Assembly: GCA_945923775.1 (NCBI GenBank)
Contig: CAMELR010000002.1
Span: 5,837 to 69,836 of the forward strand
Reading direction: 5' to 3'
Length of the DNA stretch: 64,000 nt
DNA from: an uncultured Clostridia bacterium
Lineage (GTDB): Bacteria; Bacillota; Clostridia; Oscillospirales; Ruminococcaceae
Shown here one piece after another: positions 48,313 to 56,048 of this stretch (the first letter of the stretch is position 1; each line of letters starts with the position of its first letter). The position numbers were made by a program, and so were the translations under genes. Below the pieces are notes generated by a model. The model searched no databases and was not told the DNA's origin. It saw only the letters and a list, made by a program, of their open reading frames with translations.

Positions 48313-49410
48313 TCATTTCAGACGCATGGGCAGAACGAGGTATGTAAACTCGTTACCGCTCATGGGGAGAATGATCAGCGGAGCGACAGAGGACGTCGCA
48401 ATGAGCTTAACCGTGTCGGTGTCGCACGCCTTGAAAGCATCGAGCATATATTTAGCGTTGAATCCCACAACAAGGGGCTGTCCGTTGTACTTAACAGGAA
48501 TGCTGTCGTTGACCTTGCCTATTGCAGTGGTGCAGCTCATACTGATGGTGTTATCCTTTATCTCGCAGCGGATAGGGTTCTTGTTCTTCTCATTGATGAT
48601 GAGCATAGCACGGTCAAGCATGTCGATCATCTCACGGCAGTTGACCTCAGCGTAAACCTCGTCTGAGCACTTGAGATAAGTCTTGAACGGAATGAAATCA
48701 CCGTCGAGCAGGCGTGATATCATAGTATAACCATCAACAATGAAGCTGATCTGATTCTTGTCTATGCAGATAGTAACATTTTTGTCGTTCTCATCAGATA
48801 GAATGTGAGTAAGTTCCTCCAGCGTCTTAGCAGGAACAATAAAGCTGATATTGTCATAAGCTACCGGCTCCTGACGAAGCGCGATCCTCACGCCGTCGAC
48901 AGCGGCAACGCTGAGTACGTTGTTCTCAAGCTCAAACTTGCAGCCCATAAGCGCAGGTTTGCTGTCGACAACAGCGACTGCAAACTTGGTCTGAATGATC
49001 ATGCTCTTGAGCAGCTTCTGCGGCATAGTAAAGCTTGTATCCGGGTTGACCTGCGGAACATTGGGATAGTCGTCGGCGCTGGAGCAGCTAACAGAGAACG
49101 AAGTCATGTTGTTAGTGATCTCAGCAAGGTTATTTCCGCTGCACTCGAAAGTAATGTTGCCGGAAGGCATTTTTCTTATAATATCAACAGCCATCTTTGC
49201 TGATATGACGATATTACCGCTTTCTATGCCCTCAACCTCGATGGAGGTCTTGATACCTATATCCAGATCGTAGCCGGTAACAGTAAGGGTATTTCCCTCG
49301 AGCTCCATCAGAATACCTTCAAGAGCCTGAATGTTGGATTTACCGGCAGCAGCCTTGGAAGTAGTCTGTACAACTGAGAGGATCGTGTCCTTGTTGCAAA
49401 TGAATTTCAT
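48313..49410 (-). CDS. dnaN: DNA polymerase III beta sliding clamp
   Basis: 365 aa. MKFICNKDTILSVVQTTSKAA.. with the three-domain clamp pattern. It lies immediately downstream of dnaA. Confidence 0.95.
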   Translation of the reverse strand: MKFICNKDTILSVVQTTSKAAAGKSNIQALEGILMELEGNTLTVTGYDLDIGIKTSIEVEGIESGNIVISAKMAVDIIRKMPSGNITFECSGNNLAEITNNMTSFSVSCSSADDYPNVPQVNPDTSFTMPQKLLKSMIIQTKFAVAVVDSKPALMGCKFELENNVLSVAAVDGVRIALRQEPVAYDNISFIVPAKTLEELTHILSDENDKNVTICIDKNQISFIVDGYTMISRLLDGDFIPFKTYLKCSDEVYAEVNCREMIDMLDRAMLIINEKNKNPIRCEIKDNTISMSCTTAIGKVNDSIPVKYNGQPLVVGFNAKYMLDAFKACDTDTVKLIATSSVAPLIILPMSGNEFTYLVLPMRLK

Positions 49411-49514
49411 ATTACGTATCCTTTCTTCTGAATCTGCCGCATTATCATGCAGTCGCTGGTTTTATCAGCCAGGGCTGCGAAGCAGCCGAAAACCGCGCAG
49501 CGGTTTTTTTCAAA

Positions 49515-49532
49515 GAATGAATTATATTATTT
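49515..49532. other. AT-rich candidate DNA unwinding element (DUE)
   Basis: GAATGAATTATATTATTT, 15/18 A/T, adjoining the trinucleotide array on the side distal to the boxes. Confidence 0.5.
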
Positions 49533-49553
49533 TAATAATAATAATAATAATAA
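49533..49553 (-). repeat. (TTA)7 perfect trinucleotide array; candidate DnaA-trio element
   Basis: The plus strand reads (TAA)7 and the dnaA-sense strand reads (TTA)7. It is separated from two tandem box-like motifs by GCCC. Confidence 0.65.
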
Positions 49554-49557
49554 GGGC

Positions 49558-49574
49558 TGTTAAAATGTTAAAAA
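49558..49574 (-). promoter_or_regulatory. two tandem DnaA-box-like motifs (TTTTTAACA, TTTTAACA) next to a GC cluster
   Basis: dnaA-sense strand reads TTTTTAACA-TTTTAACA-GCCC-(TTA)7. Confidence 0.55.
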
Positions 49575-49630
49575 CGCCGCCAGACGGTTTAAAAAGCTGA
49601 ACCGCAGGCGCAAAGTTTTTTAACTGCTCG

Positions 49631-49708
49631 CGTTGAAAACATGTGAAGATCAGAGGTTGAAAAAATCTTTCATCAAACCGTGGAAAAATTCTTAAAACCT
49701 GTTGAAAA
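49631..49708 (-). promoter_or_regulatory. DnaA-box cluster in the dnaA-dnaN spacer (oriC part II)
   Basis: dnaA-sense strand carries TTTTCAACA (49708-49700), TTTTCCACG (49687-49679), TTTTCAACC (49663-49655) and TTTTCAACG (49639-49631), all in one orientation. Confidence 0.65.
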
Positions 49709-49735
49709 TCAAGGTAAAAACTAATTTTTCTGCTC

Positions 49736-49778
49736 TCAAAAATAAAGGCAGTCTGCCGGTTGGCAAAGAGCCTTTATT
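49736..49778 (-). terminator. possible terminator/attenuator after dnaA
   Basis: Minus strand reads AAUAAAGGC..(20 nt)..GCCUUUAUU followed by UUUGAG. Confidence 0.45.
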
Positions 49779-49787
49779 CTGTGCTTA

Positions 49788-51155
49788 TCACTGATTAGCC
49801 TTGATATTCTTGATAAGATCCTCGATAACGGAGCGGAAATTGCTGTCCTTTGCCATCATTTCCTTTACGTTCTTGATAGCGTAAACGACGGTGGAGTGAT
49901 CGCGGCCGCTGAACTCCTGACCTATAGTTTCATAGGGAAGCCCGGTTATCTCCTGGATAACATAAATAGCGACCTTGCGGGCAGACGAAACCGGGGAATT
50001 CCGCTTGGGTGAGCGAATCTCATCGGGATCGACATTGTATATCTTAGCCGCCTCGCTGATGATCTTGTCAACAGTTATCGGGATCGGCTGGTGATCGGAA
50101 ACTATGTCCTTGATGACATTCTGAGCCACAACGATGGTGGGCTTTATCTGGGATACCATATAAAGAGCGTTCATCTTGGTGACAACGCCCTCGATCTGCC
50201 TGATGTTGGATTTCAGCTTTGTCGCGATGAAATCAACCACATCGTCGGGGATCTTGAAGTTGAGAAGATCCGCCTTGCGCTGAATGATCGCGAGACGTGT
50301 CTCGTACTCAGGGGCGCGGACGTCCGCCGCAAGTCCGGAGGAGAACCGTGTTTTCAGTCGGTCGGAAATGGACTTGATCTCTTTTGCGGGGCGGTCTGAT
50401 GTAAGTACTATCGCCTTGTTGAGCTTGTAGAGCTCGTTGAATATGTGGAAGAACTTTTCCTCGGTCTGCTCCTTGCCGGCGATGAACTGGATATCGTCTA
50501 TCAGCAGCGCGTCGGCGTTGCGGTATTTTTCGTCAAAAAGCTCAGTTTTGTTTGCGGTGATCGAGTGCAGGAACTCGTTGGTGAAAGTTTCCGCGGAGAT
50601 GTAGATTATATTGATACCGGGGTAGTTTTTAGTCATCTCGTTCTGGATAGCCGAAAGAAGATGGGTCTTTCCAAGCCCGGAATCGCCGTAGATAAACAGC
50701 GGATTGTATTTTTCGTGCTGTTTCTGGGATACCGCCTTTGCCGCCGCATATGCAAGGTTGTTCGACGGACCGACGATGAAGTTGTCGAAGGTATATGTTA
50801 CCTTGTTGTCATGTACGATATTGTCGATTTTGTTGGTAAGCTCACGGCTGTTGCGGATATCGTTGAATTTTGTCTCGGTTGTCGGGATATCGTCCTTGAT
50901 AATGATCTCGACCTTTATCGGATTGCCGAGAACGATGGTGAACTGTTCCTCAAGCTTCTCGAGATATATTGAGTTTATGGTATTGCGCTTGAAATCCGTG
51001 TCAGTCGCGAGGGTAACGACGTTTCCTTCCATGCTGATGGGTTCCAGGGCGTCGAGCCACAGTTCCTTTGCAGAGGCGGAAATATTATATTCGCGAACGT
51101 AGTTTTCAACCACAAGATTATAGATATCAGAGAGAGAGGAAATATTGTTTTTCAT
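49788..51155 (-). CDS. dnaA: chromosomal replication initiator DnaA
   Basis: ATG at 51155 (MKNNISSL..) gives 455 aa. AAA+ Walker A YGDSGLGKTHLL, box VII, and C-terminal DNA-binding domain (VAIYVIQEITGLPYETIGQEFSGRDHSTVVYA). The 41 upstream codons in the track ORF look non-coding. Confidence 0.95.
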   Translation of the reverse strand: MKNNISSLSDIYNLVVENYVREYNISASAKELWLDALEPISMEGNVVTLATDTDFKRNTINSIYLEKLEEQFTIVLGNPIKVEIIIKDDIPTTETKFNDIRNSRELTNKIDNIVHDNKVTYTFDNFIVGPSNNLAYAAAKAVSQKQHEKYNPLFIYGDSGLGKTHLLSAIQNEMTKNYPGINIIYISAETFTNEFLHSITANKTELFDEKYRNADALLIDDIQFIAGKEQTEEKFFHIFNELYKLNKAIVLTSDRPAKEIKSISDRLKTRFSSGLAADVRAPEYETRLAIIQRKADLLNFKIPDDVVDFIATKLKSNIRQIEGVVTKMNALYMVSQIKPTIVVAQNVIKDIVSDHQPIPITVDKIISEAAKIYNVDPDEIRSPKRNSPVSSARKVAIYVIQEITGLPYETIGQEFSGRDHSTVVYAIKNVKEMMAKDSNFRSVIEDLIKNIKANQ

Positions 51156-51399
51156 AACATTCACCATTCCATTAAGAAGATTGCAGGACGTATAAACTAA
51201 ACCAGATCCTATAAGCTGAAGCTGGTCTGCTGCGGTCAAAAACAGGTAATTATAATACTGTCTGTTTAAAACACGCACAATATATAGTTAGAAACTAAAA
51301 ATAATTTGTGTCAAAAGATGTCCATATTTAATAATACCATAAAAGTTGAAATTTTTCAAGCAAAAAAGCGCTTAATTTATTCGCGATAATATGTGAATT

Positions 51400-51660
51400 T
51401 TAAACAAACACATATAAAATAAGAAACGACGCAGCAGTTATCAACGCACCGGCGGCTCCGGAGATCAGCATTTTCAACGTTGTTGAGCGTTTCTGACGCT
51501 GAAGGTAGTCGGGGGCGCGGCGCGTTAAAAGTTCGACCTGACTGCGTATCTCATTTTTATCAGGTATATCACAGCCGCTGTTCAGGATCACAATTACTTT
51601 CTCAAAGCACGAGTTTTTGGGAATTATTTCGATTATGCTTTTAGTAACGCCCTTTATCAT
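51400..51660 (-). CDS. small hypothetical protein with C-terminal TM helix (86 aa)
   Basis: An ORF lying between the DnaA-box cluster and dnaA. C-terminal TM LISGAAGALITAASFLILYVFV. Weak RBS GAAAGG. No homology recognised. Confidence 0.45.
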   Translation of the reverse strand: MIKGVTKSIIEIIPKNSCFEKVIVILNSGCDIPDKNEIRSQVELLTRRAPDYLQRQKRSTTLKMLISGAAGALITAASFLILYVFV

Positions 51661-51689
51661 GAAGAACTACCGCCTTTCCAGTATAACAG

Positions 51690-52290
51690 AGTATTTCAAC
51701 CTGATTATTGACGTGACATATAAATTTATACATGTTTTTATGGAATTCTCAACAAAACGATGTTAACGTTATAAAAACAGCTGGTATAATCGGTTGATTT
51801 CTGAACGAAATGTTGAAAACTATGTTGAAACGGTTAAAAATTCGCAATATACAGCGGCGGTGCACTTGGTGGTATTCAACAGTCAAAAATGAGCGTTTTT
51901 ATTTTTTAAGTTTAAATCCTGTTAGTTAACCTATATTATACTTTCAGTATAGACCGGTGAGAAGAGAATCCTGCGTTTGATTTACAAATTATGTATTATT
52001 GTGTTGAAAACTTATCAACTCATCGATTTTAACAGGTTTTCAGAGGCATTTTTCAACGTTGAATCTATATTTTTGCCCAAACGCAGTTGAAAACTATGTT
52101 GAAACAGTTGAAAATCAGCATAAAACAGCCATATGTTGAAAAATGAAAAACCATTGAAAGTCTGGTTGAAAATCAGTTAATACCCGGTGTGAAAAAATAT
52201 TGTCAACAAATCGGAGTTGAATGTTGAAAAAGCGCAGAACAAACGATTTTGGGTTTTGAACAGAAAAAAGCCGCCCGGGTTGAAAAACCG
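51690..52290 (-). other. oriC part I: cluster of variant DnaA boxes upstream of dnaA
   Basis: Plus-strand TGTTGAAAA-type 9-mers (TTTTCAACA on the dnaA-sense strand) occur at 51811, 51823, 52002, 52085, 52097, 52106, 52134, 52164, 52222 and 52278. Inverted copies occur near 51694 and 52050. The region is AT-rich and non-coding. Confidence 0.7.
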
Positions 52291-52296
52291 GACGGC
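52263..52296 (-). terminator. intrinsic terminator of the HD-domain gene
   Basis: Minus strand reads GCCGUCCGG-UUUUUCAAC-CCGGGCGGC followed by UUUUUUCU. Confidence 0.75.
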
Positions 52297-52314
52297 AAAA
52301 TATTAAGCTGAATG

Positions 52315-52902
52315 TCAATCGTTCTGGGATTCCAGGAAGTAGGAAGCCTCCATATCTGCAACCGACAGAGCAAACGCCAGCGGGTACATTGCAAGCGCCT
52401 GACCTATCGTGTTCTTATCCTCGGCCCCGGAGAACCCCATGTGCCAGCGGATCGCCATTGCCTCCTCGCGGGTGAGGCGTATGTAGCCGCTGACCATGTA
52501 GACGGATTTCTCGCCGTGACCGTATGGGAGCGTATCGTGGATCTCGTAGCGGGGCTGCTTTTCCCATTGACCGGTCTGCTCGTTCTTGACGTTCCGCCAG
52601 CCGACGCGGTAGAAATTCACCTTGCATACGTCGTGAAGCAGCGCGACGATCGCAGCCGTTTCAGCGGAAACGCTCAAACCGTATTCGTTTTTCACGCGCT
52701 CGCGCTCAAGATAAGCCACAAGGCAGTGGTATACGTTCAGGGAATGCCGCAGAAGCCCGCCTTCAAATGCGTTATGATATCGCGTGCTGGCTGGCGCGGT
52801 GAAGAAATCGCTGCGGTTTTCGAGAAAGTCCAGCAGCTTATCTGAGCCTTCCCTGGTGATGTTTTCCTTGAAAATAGAAATAAATTCTTCCTTATCAGTC
52901 AT
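52315..52902 (-). CDS. HD-domain phosphohydrolase (YhaM-type HD module)
   Basis: 195 aa. YHNAFEGGLLRHSLNV..VALLHDVCK are HD-superfamily metal ligands. Confidence 0.75.
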   Translation of the reverse strand: MTDKEEFISIFKENITREGSDKLLDFLENRSDFFTAPASTRYHNAFEGGLLRHSLNVYHCLVAYLERERVKNEYGLSVSAETAAIVALLHDVCKVNFYRVGWRNVKNEQTGQWEKQPRYEIHDTLPYGHGEKSVYMVSGYIRLTREEAMAIRWHMGFSGAEDKNTIGQALAMYPLAFALSVADMEASYFLESQND

Positions 52903-52923
52903 TTGTCCCTCCGTATGTCAGGG

Positions 52924-53763
52924 TCAGTTGTATCCGGTGTAGCGGACGCGCTTGCGCGTGATGGTCAGCGCCTCCGGATCGAATGTGTATTCGTACTGCT
53001 TTACGGTGTACTCTCCGTATTCCTTCGCTACTATCCGCTGAATCATCAGACCTGCCGATTCCGGCTCAAGGTGGGTGCCGTAGGGCGCCACTTCCTCCCC
53101 GTTTTCGTATACCGCGACTTCCGTCAGCTTAGCGCCGGATACCGCGAAATACCTCGCATACTGCGGGACCTCCGCTTCGTTTATCATGTGGAAATCAAGC
53201 TGTATCAGGTCGGGATATTCCTCCGCGCTGAAGTCGCGCATGTTTGAGATAAGCTCACAGCCATAGGTGAGATCCTGGAGCACGCTTTCGAATATCAGAA
53301 ATCTGTCGTCCCGCGGGACGTTAATTTTCAGCGTGTCGATTATTTCGCCCTGTTTCAGCAGATCAAGCCGGAAATCCCCGTAGAGAGCGCCATTTATGTA
53401 GGTGGTCTCAAGCTCGGGGGCTTCGGTGGTCTCGCCGAGTTTAATGCAGGATATCTCGACGGTGTAGTAATCTCCCTCGGAATACACGTTCATTATAGAG
53501 TATGAAAGCCGGCTTCCCTCTATTCTGGGGGACTGCACGGCCGCCGGGATAACATCGTCCGGGGCAAGAGGCTCGGGCGGTGCGGTGGTAGTCTGCGGAG
53601 TGGTTTCCGTGACCGGAGCGGTGGTCTGGCTCGAAAAAGCAGTCGTAGAAACTGCATTATCAATGCTTCCCATGTTCTCAAGAGCGCAGCCGCAGGACGT
53701 CCCGGCTATCGCTGCCATCAATGCGGCGGCCGACAGGGATCTTGTAATTATATTTGCTTTCAC
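52924..53763 (-). CDS. hypothetical secreted/lipoprotein
   Basis: GTG at 53763 lies 7 nt after AAAGGAG. Signal sequence VKANIITRSLSAAALMAAIAGTSCGC. A Thr/Pro-rich linker is followed by a beta-rich domain. Confidence 0.55.
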   Translation of the reverse strand: MKANIITRSLSAAALMAAIAGTSCGCALENMGSIDNAVSTTAFSSQTTAPVTETTPQTTTAPPEPLAPDDVIPAAVQSPRIEGSRLSYSIMNVYSEGDYYTVEISCIKLGETTEAPELETTYINGALYGDFRLDLLKQGEIIDTLKINVPRDDRFLIFESVLQDLTYGCELISNMRDFSAEEYPDLIQLDFHMINEAEVPQYARYFAVSGAKLTEVAVYENGEEVAPYGTHLEPESAGLMIQRIVAKEYGEYTVKQYEYTFDPEALTITRKRVRYTGYN

Positions 53764-53879
53764 GGTAACACTCCTTTCCTTCTGCTGATATACATTATAT
53801 AAAAAAAACCGGAAAAAATCAAGGTGTTTTCTGAAACACTTTGTAAAACATACCTTTTCCAGAGATAAAATGCGGAACT

Positions 53880-54611
53880 TCATCGTATTACGGCGCTGAT
53901 CGCGGCTGCGATACAGTCCGCCCAGATAAGCGACTGCACGTCCTCGTCAGACGGCGCGGCAAGGAACCGCTGATGCGCCTGATCCCCTGTAATGCTGCTG
54001 AGAAGCGCGGCGGAGGGGACTCCGACTGCTATTACGGGGATCCCGGCGGAGCGTTCTGAAAGCTCCCTGCGCGGAGCCGCCGCCCCGGATCCCGGCGTGA
54101 TACCCGCGTCGGTGAGCTGAACAGTGCGGTACAGCCTCCCGGGGTCGTCGCAGCAGAGGGAATCCACGGCGATAATTGCACAGGCTCCCATTTCCCTGGC
54201 GGCGGAGCGGACCAGCGCAGCGGTTTCTATTCCGGTGTGCAGCGCAACGTCGGTTTCTATCGCGGCGAGGGAGTAGCGCTTTCCCGACTTCGCGGACAGC
54301 CGCCGGACGGTCAGCGCGCCGAGCCGGTCGCGGGTGATGTCGGGATTTCCAAGCCCGGCGGCGAGTATCCTGCCAGTCGGCGGCAGGAGCTGCTCGAGTG
54401 CGCGTTTCAGCAGCGCGGGGAGCGCGTTTCCGGCGGGGTCGCCCTCGAGTGTGATGTACCGCCCGGCGCGTCTCGACATAGTTCGCGCGGCGGAGTTCGA
54501 AAGCCGGATATCTGTTATCTTCACGCCGCCGATGGTGCGGCTCACGCGGCGCGTGCCGGGGGTTCCGGCGGGGATATGCGCGGATTCAACTGCGAGGTCG
54601 GAATGTTTCAT
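53880..54611 (-). CDS. gpr: GPR-family germination protease (short form)
   Basis: 243 aa. DLAVES, GGVKITDIRL, GRYITLEG, GLGNPDITRDRLG, TGIETAALV, IAVDSL, LTDAGITPGSG and GIPVIAVGVPS line up with B. subtilis Gpr blocks. It lacks the C-terminal ~100 aa of Bacillus Gpr. Confidence 0.7.
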   Translation of the reverse strand: MKHSDLAVESAHIPAGTPGTRRVSRTIGGVKITDIRLSNSAARTMSRRAGRYITLEGDPAGNALPALLKRALEQLLPPTGRILAAGLGNPDITRDRLGALTVRRLSAKSGKRYSLAAIETDVALHTGIETAALVRSAAREMGACAIIAVDSLCCDDPGRLYRTVQLTDAGITPGSGAAAPRRELSERSAGIPVIAVGVPSAALLSSITGDQAHQRFLAAPSDEDVQSLIWADCIAAAISAVIR

Positions 54612-54763
54612 TGCCGTTCCTTTCTGCGGGTATTACGAATGGTTCTCAGCATATTTTTAGCAGTCTAAAGCAAAATAATACGCAAACACAAAAAAACATT
54701 GCATTTTTGACCGGAATGCTGTATAATAGATAATGAATAAATCTCTCCGGGAGGAAAACAGTT

Positions 54764-55087
54764 ATGAAACTTGTTTTTGCGATAGTAAACAATGACGATA
54801 GTCACTCAGTATCCTCGGCGCTGACCCAGGGCGGATATCAGGCGACAAAGCTTGCGTCCACCGGCGGATTCCTTATGGCGGGAAACACCACGTTCATGAT
54901 ATGCTCTGAGGACGGCAAGGTTGACGATGTTATACAGATCATAAGCAAGCACAGCCACAAGCGCAAGCAGTTCGTGCCGAATTCCGCAAGCTATGGCATG
55001 AGCAACTACACAAGCTTCCCTGTTGAGGTATCCGTTGGCGGAGCTACCATCTTCGTTACGAATATCGAGAGATTCGAGAAGGTATAA
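54764..55087 (+). CDS. darA: PII-like cyclic-di-AMP receptor DarA (YaaQ/PstA, DUF970)
   Basis: 107 aa. MKLVFAIVNNDD..TKLASTGGFL..GNTTFMI..VGGATIFV. It holds the conserved position upstream of holB. Confidence 0.85.
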   Translation: MKLVFAIVNNDDSHSVSSALTQGGYQATKLASTGGFLMAGNTTFMICSEDGKVDDVIQIISKHSHKRKQFVPNSASYGMSNYTSFPVEVSVGGATIFVTNIERFEKV

Positions 55088-56034
55088 TGAAGCTTTACGG
55101 AAAAGCGCCGCTTACCGAGCTTCTGACCTCCACGGCGGCGGAGAACCGCCTGCCCCACGCAATTCTGCTAACAGGCGAATCAGGAAGCGGCAGGCGCATG
55201 ATCGCGAAGTATATCGCGAAGCTGTTCATGTGCGGAGCACCGCCCTGCGGCGGCTGTGCAGTCTGCAATAAGATAGACCAGGACAACCACCCTGACGTTA
55301 TATATGTTTTGGACAAATGCGGCGGAACGTACAACATAAAGCAGGTCAGGGAGTACGTGTGCGATAACACGGCGGTAAAGCCCAACGACGGAGATGTAAA
55401 GGTCTACATTTTCGAGAAGGCGGATACCCTCAGACCCGACGCACAGAACGCGCTGCTGAAAAATATCGAAGAACCTCAGCCCTGGGTGAAATTCATCTTC
55501 ATATGTGAAAGCTCAGCGAGCCTGCTTACGACGATACGCTCAAGGGTGACGGAATATTCCATGCCGGAATGTCCCGAGGAAGAATGTGCGAAGTGCCTTG
55601 CCGAGCAGTACGGCGTCGACAAAAAAGCGGCGCTGGATAACGCCCGCATGATGAACGGAAACATCGGAAGGTGCCTTGAAGCGCTCAACGGCGGCGACGA
55701 GCTTAAGCTGATGGAGTCTGCGAAACGCGCCGCCACCGGAATAGCAAAGCGCAGTGGATACCTGCTGTGCACCGCCCTGGGCGAGCAGACCGGGCGCAGG
55801 GAGTTCTCAGCGGTGCTGGAGTACCTTGCGGGTATCATCAGCGACGCGATATCAGTGCGCGCAGGCGGCGAGTTGTGCTCCTGCGGCAAGAACGAGGCAA
55901 AGATAATAGCAGGCGTGTTTGACGACGTGAAGCTTGTCAGCATGCTTGAGAAGATATACGACGTTAATTCCGCGGGTCAGCTTAATATAAACCTGGCGCT
56001 CAGCGCGGCGTACCTTACGTCGGTACTTTTATAA
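55087..56034 (+). CDS. holB: DNA polymerase III delta' subunit
   Basis: 315 aa. HAILLTGESGSGRRMIA, Zn module CGGCAVCNKI..HPDV, and SRVTEYSM sensor motif. Confidence 0.85.
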   Translation: MKLYGKAPLTELLTSTAAENRLPHAILLTGESGSGRRMIAKYIAKLFMCGAPPCGGCAVCNKIDQDNHPDVIYVLDKCGGTYNIKQVREYVCDNTAVKPNDGDVKVYIFEKADTLRPDAQNALLKNIEEPQPWVKFIFICESSASLLTTIRSRVTEYSMPECPEEECAKCLAEQYGVDKKAALDNARMMNGNIGRCLEALNGGDELKLMESAKRAATGIAKRSGYLLCTALGEQTGRREFSAVLEYLAGIISDAISVRAGGELCSCGKNEAKIIAGVFDDVKLVSMLEKIYDVNSAGQLNINLALSAAYLTSVLL

Positions 56035-56048
56035 AAGATAGGAGAACA

